Shown here: positions 41,287-54,715 of the stretch, in pieces
How the letters are laid out: each line of letters starts with the position of its first letter
Position numbering within the stretch: position 1 is the first letter of the stretch
Assembly (NCBI RefSeq): GCF_964204645.1
Contig: NC_134034.1
Coordinates: forward strand, 13,839,062 to 13,903,061
Direction: 5' to 3'
DNA: 64,000 bases
Origin: Tubulanus polymorphus
Lineage: Eukaryota; Animalia; Nemertea
The notes under the pieces: generated by a model
Database searches by the model: none
What the model saw: the letters and a program-made list of their open reading frames with translations, nothing else
Told to the model about the DNA's origin: nothing
Made by a program: the position numbers and the translations under genes

Positions 41287-44200
41287 ATGCGGATCTTTTC
41301 CTCGCAAACGATTCTGACGTTGGCCTTGATCTGCCTGTTTGACGTCACCAGATCTCAGACCACGACTGTACAAAAACTTGCAAATGCCGAATGGTCGTTT
41401 GAATGCTGGGTAAGCTGGAAATCTATAAATTGATATTTGTTAGTCATATTTCTCAGCGGCATATCAAACCCGACGACATCACTCTACGCCGTGTTCAAAA
41501 ATCACAAATTGCGAAATTGAAAAATGAACTACTGTTGCGTTGGTCTCCTCTCTATTTTGCTTCGGGTACCGGAGTATCGAGTGGATTAAACCCTTAGAGG
41601 ACAAACCATTAAATTCGATTTAACATAGCTTTATTTTTTTCCATCTCAAACACGCTCAACATGGCGTCCACGCTTCCTCTGCAAATCATCACGTGACACT
41701 TACGTCACACAATCAATATTACTTTATAACAACTATAAATACCAGGCATTAGACATTTTATCAGCAAACTTCAAATCCACGCCCTTCATTTTGACTAAAA
41801 TGAGTCTAAAATGAGCGACAAATAGCAGACAATATACGATTTAACACCTTCCTCAACAAAATGACGAATGTTAGAGACGAGTATTACTGAAGAGTTAGAT
41901 AATACCCGACATTTGAACCCGAGGTTTGAATCTCTTTAGTTGCCGGCTATTGCTTCTCATCATAATGTGTACATGAAAAATAACAATACAACAAGATATA
42001 GTATTTGAAAGGTAAAACTTGTTTATGTGACGCACGAGTTTTCGCTAGTAGAAGGTTCATCAGGTGAATGAGTGGCCTGATGAAGCTATCACCTATTAGA
42101 GAAAACTCCAGAATTGATTGAACACGTTAACAGGCTTCTCAAAGATTGAAAAATGAGGATTGTTGGAATTTTCATTCCAGGATTCGACTGCAACAAACCT
42201 GAATGAACTATTAATAGAAAAAGACAATCAATACCAGAACTCACCAGGAAACCCTGCGACGATTACATACGCCGTGGCGACTGGAACGACTGTTGCTACA
42301 GCTTATGCCGCGAATTCAGACAGAACAGCGACAAGTATCGGCACCACGAGAATCAAGTATACAATCTGTAAATAATTGAGAAACCGTGTATCTAAAAAGA
42401 TACCAAATTCGATTAAATCGGTGGTAACCTCAGTGAACGTAATGACGCGGTCCCCTGACTGCAGTCCACAGCGGATCACTACGATAATAAGTTAGAAAAT
42501 ATATCAAGACAGACGGAAAAAACTGTCGGCTTCCCAAAAAACATATGGGAAACACTTCCAGCTGGCGATACTTATCAATCTCCGAACAACAATTATTTGC
42601 TGCAATGGCAATTTCTATAAATTGTGTTGTGAGTTAAAAGCGAAAAAATAGCAGATCATTTGTTGTTGTTGTATTTTTCTTTCACAGTGGCGCAAAAAGC
42701 TGAACTATTCGACAGCGGGGTTTACCACTGTAAGAAAGGCGGCAGCAGAATAGCGTCCATCACCGCTGAATTAATAGTAACAGGTGATTTATCTGTGTCT
42801 TATAACTGATTCTACTACTTCACTCTCCTGTTCTAGAAATGGCAATCGCGGGAGAAATTTCGGACATTTTGTATTTGATTTTAAAAAAAATATATATATT
42901 ACCAGAATAAATGTGCCTTTATTTCGGTAATACCCGGTGTTGGGGTCGTCCAGAAGAGATTTCAACCAGATGACATCGCTAGTCTGGAATATCCTCTCGG
43001 CGAGTATGACGGTTTGCAGGGATATACGGATCTAATAAATGGGAATATTATAGGATTTTCAACACTGCGATGAATTGATTCTTTGTGAAGAGACATGATA
43101 CAGATATTTCCTCGGGATAAAATGACCGCTTCCTGGCCTTAGCAGGGAAGACAACGAGCGGCGATTGGATAGATCTGCCAGCATCGAACGCACCAGTTTG
43201 CGCTATAGGCTAATGCGTTGTCTTTTTTTCCAGACACTCCTGTTGCCCAGTGGATCTCCAATGGAAACGTGCTCACGTCTGCAGCTACGGGCACTATTGA
43301 CTTGCGAACAACCGGAAGTGCAACGACCCTCCAATGCAAGGTCACTGTTGAAAGCACGAAAGCGGTGATAAGCATTGTATCAAATGGTATTTCTAAGGAG
43401 ATCAGCTCGACGGATACTGGCTGGACTACAACGTATCAGACCGGCGCCAACTGTGCTGATAGGTATTAGGCAAATATAATTCATACGCAGCTTAACATTC
43501 TTTGTAAAATGCCTGCCTTATTTGCAATTTCATGAAAAATATAGCTGCAAAAGCAGCGATAACGGGTTTTCTGCCTAGCTACATCCTTATTATGCGAACT
43601 AAAGGGAATTATTGAAACCTATCACGATATGACCCTCAACAACTTATCTTTGAGATCGCGTTTGAACGGACGCTATACTCACTAGCTATACGTGAACCGA
43701 ATCAAGCTGAAATCTCAAAGATAAAATTCTTACTAACAGCAAACGGCAGTCAAAAACTTGTTACTTTTTTCTCAATTTCGGAAACTCAACTACGCCTGCA
43801 AGGAGTCGAATGAAGGTGTCTAAAATATCCAGTGAATTTGCTAAAGATCGGTAACGTACTTAAGTAGAAATCAAATGTTCATAATTACCATTTCAAGGCC
43901 TTGGCACAATGTGCAAAATGGTGGGAATAAATTATTGTATTTACACTTGAAATGATTATCGAAACTTGCGGCGAATTTACGACGTAGAAAAACATATCGA
44001 TTTATTGAATGGACCAAAATTACGATGTTTACGGTACAACACGATTGCTGTACAACCTTTACCGAGTAAAGCGAGCGGCCTGAACTGGATAAATAAACGA
44101 TACATGTTCAAAACAAATAATTTACCAGAATCTATTGATAAAAAATTAACCACGCCAAGGACGTGATTATGATACCAAGACCTCGTCGGCCCAGAAAAGT

Positions 44201-46381
44201 AGCCCCAACCGTAACCCTAACTGGCTCGTAACCCTAACCCTAGATCGCTTGTAACCCTAACCCTAGCAGGATCCGAACCTGCAATCTCCGGCATGCCAGG
44301 AGTGCACGCTACCCACTAGGCCACTGAGCTGTACTGATAGAATGAGTTTGTAAATATGTCCGGTCAGTGTGGTGACCAGTCACGCGTGGTCGACTCTATT
44401 CACCAAAGGCACCCTCTCATATGTTATTTAAAGATAAATGGATATCCTAGATTCCATAAGAATTCTCGTATTTTTCAACTTCTGTGAAGTTTTGCTTGAA
44501 CATATTCGACAAAAGCTTATATTTCTCTTGCTAATTCGGCCATTTTATTCACAGCTGTCATCGTCAACATATTGATGGAGTTAACGTAGATCTAAGTGAC
44601 CTTATCTGTTAATTACATCGTACTATACAAAGACAATGTTTTCTAGTGAAAATAGTGTGAAAAAACGGGGCAAAAATAATAATCTGGGGCATGATAATAG
44701 AGTTTTCTGTGAAATAACAAAAAACCCTAAAAAGTTGTCAAACTTGTTTATTTCATGAGAAACACGAATTGATACAAACTCCAGGTTGTACCTATATTGC
44801 CAACATCGACTGTACCGAGATTTACAGTATTTCTCGAACTCAACTCAAAATGTAACCCCGATTCGGGGTAGAATTTTAATTGTATCACCTTATACAAGAG
44901 ACAGGGTGTTATTATGTTTGCAGCAAGTGCAATGTTCAGTATGAATACATCTGGAGCGCTTGGGACGCGAATGCTAACGCTTACGATCAATTCACCTACC
45001 AGATGAACGGTAACGCCATCTGGTGTATAGCTACGAATGCAATCGGTTTGAAGGCGTCGAGCAGTATTAATTTGGACGTACAATGTAAGTTTGAATATCT
45101 CGTTTACCACGGTCATCTTCATCCGTCAAGGGATTCGGACCCACTAAGCTAAAGCCGTTCGGGGAGCGATACCGGACCCCTGGCAAGCGAGGATGACTAG
45201 GGTATAGATTTCAATAGAAACTGGCGCGTCAATATAAGCGCCTTCGAGTACATGGAGAAATAATCCTTGTATTTTGTTTTCACCTATCTCTATTATAGAC
45301 GGAATGGCCAACTTCAAAATAACTCCATTAGTTCTGACGATCCAACAACACAACCAACCATTATCGTTCATTGCCAGTTTCGAATCGAACCCGAAAACTT
45401 GCAGCATCACTTGGTACAAAACCTCCACCGCAGATCAGACATTGGACGCTACAGTGCTGCTTCCCACTGACCAGTGGACAGACTCGGTACGAAGGACCAT
45501 ATTACCTTCTCATACATTCACTTCATGTTTTGTGAAGTCTTAATTATGGTGTATGGTAGTCAATCAGTTTGTAAATATGTATCAAATTAACAATTCTGAA
45601 CACACGTGAGACATTGGTGAGTTGGGAAATGTCTGGCACCGCGGATTAGTTGCTCAAAACTTAGTAAAGGATAAGAAACCTATTTTTGAGCAACCTGAAG
45701 TCACGAGTGCGTGTATTAACAACTTCAGATTTATAAGTTCATTTTAGGTTGTCCAACAAACTTACGTATCAGTTATCATTGGTAAACTGGCCACGAAACA
45801 AGATGAGGGGTATTACCACGCTAAATGCGGCGCTGATGTTGTAACGGCTCAATTGGTTTATAACGTGATTTCACCACCAAAACCGCATGTGAACTACACC
45901 GCCGGTAGGGAAGAGTCATTGATAGTCTTACCTCGACCCGTGCGCGCACAACCTCTGATAGATAGACCTCCAGGGCTACCTGTGTGTACAAAACCCCTCA
46001 TATACCTGGCGTATTAAATACCCTTCATGAGAAAATTATAGATTTTAAGGAAAATATCATCTTAACTGGTAACGTCTGTTCAGAAATTAGTTAGTTTAAT
46101 AAAACCACTGAGGAGTGTGTGGAGGAAGCATTATGACCGATCAAGGCCATTTATATTAAGTGATAATATTGAATTGAAAAAGATGTCTGTTTATTACAGG
46201 TTACACCATGTTCAATATGAGAGCGCTCATATTCGATTTGATTTTGTACCCGAAAATCATTGTACCGATGGTTAAACAGATGCCGGCCTATCAGGATTAT
46301 ATAACTCAGTTTGCGGCTCAGCAACTACAGCAATCTCAGCAGCAACCAGCTCAACCTGCTCAACCGCCCCCGGCGCCATAG
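41287..46381 (+). CDS. Ig-cluster copy C: signal peptide, three Ig-like domains, hydrophobic motif, Q/P tail; 8 coding exons
   Basis: MRIFSSQTILTLALICLFDVTRS leader; exons about 41287-41409, 42181-42367, 42688-42783, 43234-43462, 44924-45084, 45299-45486, 45748-45904, 46200-46381. Confidence 0.85.
44205..44331 (-). mobile_element. tRNA-derived SINE-like head followed by short TTAGGG blocks
   Basis: Minus strand AGCTCAGTGGCCTAGTGGGTAGCGTG..GCAGGTTCGGATCCTGC: A box, B box and T-arm present; acceptor stem poor, so not called a tRNA. Confidence 0.6.
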
Positions 46382-46980
46382 CCGGCTCAGCAGCAACCAG
46401 CAGCTAACCAAAAACAGACTCAGCAATAACTAGTTTTATTGACAAGAACTTTGTACTTATTAACAACTGCTTTAGCTTTACACCCACTATGACCAACTGC
46501 AACGAGTGTGTTTATTATATAACCTTTTCAAAAGCATGGACACCTAAGACTGAGTTACTACTAGCGATACCTGGTGGATCCTTGCTTGCGGGAATATCTT
46601 TGTTTTTAACCACTCATTTTTATTCAGAAAACAAAAGAACACAAATACAAGATTAACGTCACAAAACGCCTCGAAGGTGGCATTGTGTACAAGGAAACAT
46701 ATAGATTTAATATAACTTTAAGCAGGCCGAAAAAACCAGTGATCTATGATTACAATGTATACAACGCATTGTGCAAAATTAAAATTTTGATAAGTGCGCC
46801 GCGGTCTAGCGATATCATCCATATTTGAATCGTTTGAAAACCCCTTTACAAGGTTCATTTGATCGACAACTGACGATTGGAACCCGTATCGCGACCGCAT
46901 TCGTACTGTCAATCAATTTCTTGTGCATCGACATCGCGATAGCTGTCGTTACCCGGCGCTTCACCACATTGTATGACATC

Positions 46981-49900
46981 TCAAGCGACGACTATAGGTG
47001 GCGTTTCCGATTGTTGCAATTCCCACATAGACGCGTACACGTCACCAGCAGCTAGTAGTTCCTCGTGTCTGAAATGAGAAATAAACAAATAAATAATAAC
47101 GCTTATCTAAAATAGTATCTCTCTTAAATCAACTGACGTATTTCAACACGTTCACTGTCGCAACCTCTAATACCGGTTATATCGCTATTATACATACACA
47201 GGGTCAGACCTAAGAAATGAAAGCCACTTGCCCGGGGGGCAAGCATATCTGAAATTACGCTTGCCCCTCCAAAAGCTACTTGCCCTTCACAGGCAGTCCG
47301 ATTGGTGGAACTATCATCCGTTGTATCGATTGGGGAAATAGCTTTTGACATAAAATTGCACTAGCCCGGAGGACAAGTGATAATGAAAACCGACTTGCCC
47401 TGATGATAATATACTTGTCCCGGGCAATCGGACAAGTGCTTAGATCGCACTCTGCATACATGTAGTTTTAGTATGAGAAATGGAGTCTATTTCAAAATCA
47501 AAGATTCTTCGCCTTGCGGGCGGCCGCCGCGTGCTCAAAGGGATTACATATATAACGTGATAAAAGGTCAGAGATTGATTTAAAAACACAGTTCCCTATT
47601 AGAGTTATAGTATCCTCACCGTCCTCGCTCAACTATCCTGCCGTTTTTAAGGACGAGTATTTGATCAGCGTGGACGACCGTCGACAATCGATGAGCGACT
47701 ATAATCGTAGTACGATTCTCGCAGATATTTGACAGTGACGTCTGGATGGCCCGTTCTGTTTGAGTATCTAAAGCAGACGTAGCTTCATCTAATAGAATAA
47801 TCGCTGGTGATTTCAGTATCGTTCTCGCTATGGCAACGCGTTGTTTCTCGCCTCCACTAAGTTTTAACCCTCTCTCACCGACTTGGGTTTCATATTCTGT
47901 CGATGATTGGAAAAGAAAGAAGTACTGCTGTAACATTTGATGATAGCCTATATAACACAGATAAAGGGAGGGTCAGAGAGGGAGAGATATGATAAGAGTG
48001 GCAGTTTTAAACTTACGTTTCGGGAAGCAGATTATTTTCGGATGAATATTGGCGGCTTCGGCCGAATCGATGACGTCATCATCATCTGCCGTCACTCTGC
48101 CGTATCTGATATTGTATTTGATATCAGCGTTGAATAGATTGGTGTCTTGAGGAACTACACCGATATTCATCCGTAGAGATTTCTGAGTCACCTAAATTGA
48201 ACGTTATTTGAACGAATTTTACGTAGGTTCGAGTCCCGAATTTGATATGATATTTTCTCCATAAAACATTTCTTTATGATTAACAAAATATTGATTATAC
48301 AAAATATATGCAAATTATCTGTCTGGATTCCAGTATTCTACCTTTGTTATATCCTGTCGATCGATTTTGATCGATCCTGACTCTGCCTCGTAGAAGCGAA
48401 ATAGCAGTTTGATTAAGGTACTTTTACCGGATCCGGAAGGTCCAACTAACGCGTATGTCTCACCAGGTGGAACACTGAATGTTATATCCTTTAAAACAAG
48501 CTCCCTGAGTAAAATTACATAAATATCTCATTTATTTTGTTCGCTCAAATTAGTTAACTTATGCTACGGTCGCTTTTTGGAAGTAGAAAAATATGATTTT
48601 TGAAAATCGGTTGATTCAAACTTATATATAAAACTATAGAAGCAATGGCCGACAGATGGCGCCAATTAAGCTGACCTTTGATTGTACCGGAAGCAGACGT
48701 CCTTGACATCGATACGACCTTCAACCAGTACGAGATCTCGCGCATTCTCGTCGTCGACGATATCTTGTTTCTCGTTCATTAGGTCGAACATGTTTTCCAT
48801 ATCGATAAACGATTGTTGTAGAACTCTGTTTATGGAAATTTACATAATATTCAATGAAAACAGTTCAAACATAGGATATACGCCTCACTTTAACCCTACC
48901 CTCATGCGCGGATCCAATGGGAAGGGTGTGTACGTCTTCTATTAAAATTGTGTCCCCTTCACAAAAAAACTTGATCCGCCACGGTGTCTCTTACTTTCAC
49001 CAATAAACTTGTTGTACCCAGATGGCCCTGCCCAGTGTAGTGCACCACCTTACCTCTTAGTACCTCTGAAAAAGGTTCCCAAGTACTTTTTCCCCGAGAC
49101 GTTTGTTTGAGCTGAAGAGAGGGCCAATCTACACAGTACTACGGTACGTACCTGTATTGTGTACCGAAATAGTTGAGAGGAGTGTAAAGTTGTCTGATGT
49201 AACTAACAAACAGAACGAAATCTCCAACAGTGAAATCGCCTTCATATACGATATTGTGAACCATCATAATGGATCCTAACAAGAATCCGCAGTGGATCAC
49301 TATATTCTGTATGTTGTTGAGTAAGATCACTGTAGCATTCGACGTCCATTCGGCACTCTGAAAATACATTTAAAACTGGTACTGGTCGTAACTGTCTTAG
49401 AGTCCATGTTGGGAAAGCAGTTTATAGTTTCTTTGTAAACCCCTTTTTAATAACAGTTTAGGTGGGAGAGAACCCAGTGTACCCACCTGAAACCCCCACC
49501 TGAAACCACCACCTGAATCCCCACAGTTTACCCACCTGAAACCCCCACCTGAAACCCCAGTGCACCCACCTGAAACCCCAGTGTACCCACCTGAAACCCC
49601 CACCTGAAACCACCACCTGAATCCCCACAGTTTACCCACCTGAAACCCCCACCTGAAACCCCAGTGCACCCACCTGAAACCCCAGTGTACCCACCTGAAA
49701 CCCCCACCTGAAACCACCACCTGAATCCCCACAGTTTACCCACCTGAAACCCCCACCTGAAACCCCAGTGCACCCACCTGAAACCCCAGTGTACCCACCT
49801 GAAACCCCACAGTGCACCCACCTGAAACCCCCACCTGAAACCCCACAGTTTACCCACCTGAAACCCCCACCTGAAACCCCAGTGCACCCACCTGAAACCC

Positions 49901-52513
49901 CAGTGTACCCACCTGAAACCCCACAGTGCACCCACCTGAAACCCCCACCTGAAACCCCCACCTGAAACCCCACAGTGCACCCACCTGAAATCTATCGATA
50001 GATAGTGAATATGTTTCTAATTCGAACTCCTCGCCGCAGTAATATTTCACTGTTTCGTGGTTTATCAGTGAATCAACTGCTCTAGTGTTACTATCATTCT
50101 CACATTCATTCATAGTTCGGCGGAATTTCGATCTCCATTCGGTCATTCCAATTGTCGTAGCTACAATTTCAGTCGACAACAACATAGTTTTATCCCTAAG
50201 AAGTTTAACGAAGGCGAATGGATCTTTCCAGAAAAGATAGACTTCCATAGATTCCAACAGGCATGATAACCTAAGCGCTGTTTATAGTATTATTTCATGA
50301 TAAGCGGTCAGCTTATAATTACGCAATTTAGAATGATGTGATAAGTTTGTGATGTCATGGATGGATTTGTGAAACTTTCTAGAAGGATCCACTTACTGAT
50401 ATAGATTAACATAGTGGCAGCAACGATCAGCGCGTACCACGCGTTAAAAGCCATAGCGAAATAAACGATAGCGATCGTAATATCGACCACGGTGGGCAAC
50501 AATTTAAAAAGAACTTTACTGAAAAATAGAAATCAAAATGTACTTAATATCGGTTGAATGATTTATCGCGATGACTCCGGTGTGGAAGACTCTTTACTCT
50601 AATATCAGATTGATGCTGTTTGTTCCGCGATCCAGGATTTTAAGAACTTCGCCCGTATTCCTGTTCAGATGCCAATTCAACGATAATCTACAAAAGAAAA
50701 GATTGGCCAAACAGTTCGCTTTTATAAAGGTCTCGTGCAGATTCTAACGTGCGCGAGTCAGCGAAATAAGACAAAGTGTTGTATGTTCGGTCGGTTTTAC
50801 CCGTGTAGATGGTCGAACAGTTTCGTCTGTATCATTTTCGTCGTAAATTGTTCGATGCGAATCCAGAAAAATGATCGAATATTATTGAGCAGACCCATTG
50901 TACCTGAAAGTATCCAAAATACGCACTAATAATAATATCTCTGCGTCGATTCGATACCGGTCACCTCCAGTAATCCACTTCTAATGTTCTGTTTACAATC
51001 AGTAAAATCTTCTTGGCCCATTTTACATAAAGCGATACTCACCCCCTCCTCCGCTACCTTGTAAGAATTTCAAAAACACAAACAAGCTGATGAGACCCCA
51101 TCTGAAATTTGCCTGTGATCCCAGCGTCAAATAGTCGACTGTCAAATACATAATTCAATTATCTTACTCCGCTATTGCTAAGTTGAAAGGAGGTGTTTGG
51201 AGCAGTTAACCAGAAAACCCGGCGCACTCACCTGATTTTTTGTACGTTACCGGAACTAAAAGATTAACAACTCGTCCGGCGATTAGTACTAACATACACA
51301 GGAGAACCCTCATCTGCAGCAGCAAGTGACCCTTGGGCCAAACGAAAGGGTAAATCATACGTATTTTAGACACAATACCAGCCCAAGTCGATCGCGATAG
51401 TGGCGCTTCTTGAAAGCCGTTATCAGTGATGTCATTTTGGATTAGCTACAATGGAGAAGATAATGCACATCTCGCTACAATGGACAAGACGACGCTCAAA
51501 GCGGAACGGATAAATCGCTTACCGCGGAACGGATAAATCGCTTACCGCAGCTTGTTCCTCGTCAGCATTGATCAGCAGCCTGCGGTCTGGCAGGATTCTT
51601 CGCGGAATCGCTGGAGATTTACGCGCCAAAACGAATATTGTAAACGTGAATGTCGTTGAAATGTATCTGGCCAGCCATAGACCGAATCGCACCTTGTTTA
51701 AACTGCTATGTTTAAAAGAAGGAATTGTTCTTAATAAAGTCCACATCAGTTATTTTGTTCAAGAAGAGGGTGGGTGGATTGGAATATCTTTGGATTTTTG
51801 GATGATAAAAAACATTTTGGTCGGTGGGTCAGTATAAAAATAGAAAATGTTTGACGACCCTAGGAAGCGCAGAAGATACAGTGGTCGCAGTGTTAAAACC
51901 ATCGCTTTAATTGTATCGGGAACTATCTACGACCCTACAGAAGCTCTGGAAAATAGAAATAGCGTATTAAAACTCATTAAGCCTACCCAGCAAGGTTCCA
52001 CCACCATAACGGACTCATCCAGTTTATAAATGTCAAATTTTCTGACAAAAAACACAGCGACCAAAAAACCAATAATTTCATCCCGTGTCCAGCTTGCCTC
52101 TCTTGTCGGGCACGATGTCTCTCTTGGAAAATGAAGCCTATAGAACCAGCCCAGCTGAAAGTCCGGGTCACTGTCGCTAGTATCTGATATCCGTATATCG
52201 TTTTACTCCCTGTCGCCATGGCTACGGTTATAATATTCCCGAAGACGCTTTCGATCACCATGGCAACGCTGACGATTATTTGGAAAATGAATAATAAATT
52301 AGTCGACGGTGGCGCCATCACTCGGGCTGGCGATACTAGACGAGTATCGGCATCGCAACATTTGATCCTGATGAATTCAAAGAATGCCGATAAAAACATG
52401 GCGCTAAACACCGTTGTGGACGTCACGGTTTGCAGGAAACACGGTGAAAATCCATTTTGAATCCACGGTTCGGTCAGATTTTCACCAGCCGGGCAAAATG
52501 ATCCCATCAACAT
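46981..52513 (-). CDS. ABCB6: ABCB6/HMT1-type ABC half-transporter with TMD0 extension
   Basis: N-terminal FCP..W...GFSPCF TMD0; [13 protein letters not shown]; [13 protein letters not shown]; Walker A GPSGSGKS; VVPQDT; [21 protein letters not shown]; [11 protein letters not shown]; AHRLST; stop TGA 46981-46983. Confidence 0.93.
47199..47454. mobile_element. MITE-like element in the last ABCB6 intron
   Basis: Imperfect TIRs CAGGGTCAGACCTAAG / CTTAGATCGCACTCTG, repeated ACTTGCCC motifs, CATACA on both flanks. Confidence 0.5.
49473..49991 (-). repeat. Compound minisatellite built on TTTCAGGTGGG with about 104-bp higher-order period, starting at an ABCB6 exon-intron junction
   Basis: Direct reading. 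Confidence 0.93.
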
Positions 52514-53352
52514 ATTCCCAACGTCACCTTTACTGCAAATGACAAGTCGTTTATCGAACTGAACGCGTACGAATTACACGCAATTTAAACAACTGCAGTT
52601 CGTGTGCGTCAATCTGTGATCCGCGTTTAGTCGAGATTGTTACAGGTTTAGAGATTGCCGATACCTCAACGATTCCAACGGAAACAGAATATTTAAACTA
52701 TATTCAATGAGTCTCTACTTTACTGCGCTGCCAAAAACTGGAGGTATAATAATCTAACAGTGGTAACAGTTGTGTTTAATGACGAACGGACCTCTATTAG
52801 CCAGATGAAATATTGAATTCTAATTCATGCTGGTCGCGCCATCGTATAGACTATATATTCATTCATGCTGTTAGTTTGTCTTAACTTAAATCAAAACGAA
52901 ACGATTTAATTGCGTTACGTTATAATATGTCATTTAACTATCTATACCACGTACATAATCTGCATCTATAGTAAGACGTTCTGAAGTCAGATCGCCGAAA
53001 GTCGAATAATCGCTTAAATAGGATGAATGTCGATGGTCCTGAATATTCCATCTGTTTTTCACAAGAATTCATATTTCAAAGTCGGATTTTATGAACCTGA
53101 AACGAGGGGCAGAGAGCCAGAGGGCGGGGATTTCTAACCAAGAAACCTTGTGAAAATCACAGGTAAAATTGTATAGAAAAATAAATCCAAAATTTCAGTG
53201 TTTTGAAATCATTTCTTGTAGATGATGATTAAATATTTCTAACCCCTGAAGCTCGTTCTAAACACATTTCCATTCATTTTACATTTTTTAAAATGCGACA
53301 TTAATAACTTGATTTATTTCATTATGAAAAACCTAAATATAATTGATTACAT

Positions 53353-54715
53353 TCAGGACTGTCCGGTCCATTTCCAAACGTAACCGCTGCTAAAACCATG
53401 GCAGATATTATCGGATCTGTTTTGCCAAGTCATTTTATATTCGGCCAGTTGAACCAATGATCGGCGGCGAGTGGCGGAGCCGTGTATTGATTGGAGATAG
53501 AGGCGACCCGGATCACCAATCACAATGACTTTACCAGCGCCATGTAAAACGTCCAGCCAATCACAGACGAGTTTAGTAAATTGTTCGTCGTAGAACATGT
53601 CTCCTAATAGAACCACGTCCCATTCTTTACTGCAAATTCCGATTAAGTTCTCGGATGTTTTCTCCAATCTCTCCTCGACCGTAATTAGAGCACCGTCACT
53701 ATTCATTAATCCTCTGTTAGCTTCGAAATTTAAATCCAAACTCAGCAGCGCATCTAAAATTCAAAAATATTTAACATTTGAACCTACAGGAAAACTTCAT
53801 GAAAATATGACGTAGATAATGACAGTAAATCAATAGATTTAATATGGATACAATGTACACCGTAATTTTCTTAAGTTTTTGGGTACAATACATTATAGTA
53901 AACGGTCTTAGAGCTACCGAGCCCGAGTCTCAATTACTGCGTTACGAGACTCTCACCGCCTATCAGTGCCAGGAATCGTCAACTTACCCGTATCAATATC
54001 GTTAGCGATAACTTTCTGAGCACCGGCTTTTAAACAGGCTAGAGAGGTGGCGCCACATCCGCTTCCTACATCTAATACCACTTTAGATCGAACCAGAGTT
54101 TCGTTATCCAAGATAAACCTTCAAATAGATACAAAATGGTGTAAACTGAAATACGAAAACAGATATTAAAGATTCATATATTCATCATCACCTCGTCAAT
54201 GCCTGACCTCCGGGCCAATAAAACGCCCAATACGGCTCTGGAAATGGACTGCCACCGTTCTCTGTCGAGCCGATCGGATCCGCTGTCCATAAGCGACAAT
54301 TCGGGGTTATCAGACGTAGTCCGAATTCTGGGGTCAAGTGGTCGTTTGTCAGTTCAGTTTCATCGACGATCGCTTGGCGGCGCTGTGATTGAGCGTTCAT
54401 ATATCGATTTTCACGAGAGGAACGACCGATTGCCAGACCGCTATTTCTAATTCTGGATCCGCGGAATTTGTGTGGAGTTAAATACTCAGAATCCAAGCGA
54501 TATACAGGCGGCCTACCCTTACAACATCCGGAGAGGCCTCTCTTCGTTGCGATACAGGCGCGAGGACTGTCAGTATCCCGACGAGGACGCATCACCGGAT
54601 AGCGCCCTGGCGATCCCGCAACTGTTCTGCCAATTATGAAATACCGTCGAAGCCAAGACGATGTATGCATCTTTTTATCTGCGAATTTCAGACAATACCA
54701 ATTTTCATCACTCAC
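53353..54715 (-). CDS. ETFBKMT: ETF beta-subunit lysine methyltransferase (METTL20), 3 coding exons; start codon uncertain (54715 or about 54667)
   Basis: HLTPEFGLRLITPNCRLW, EPYWAFYWPGGQALTRF, VLDVGSGCG, ANDID, LLGDMFYD, IGDPGR. Confidence 0.9.

Noticed and set aside
33393-46381. Cluster as a pure assembly or haplotype duplication
   Set aside because: Most introns are strongly divergent between copies and identity is patchy, which does not fit allelic duplication; individual tracts still need read-level checks
49397-49980. ORFs with GFRW/VSGG repeats
   Set aside because: Translations of an intronic minisatellite; the same applies to ORFs at 4708-5079, 21597-21902, 56793-57349 and 60574-61080
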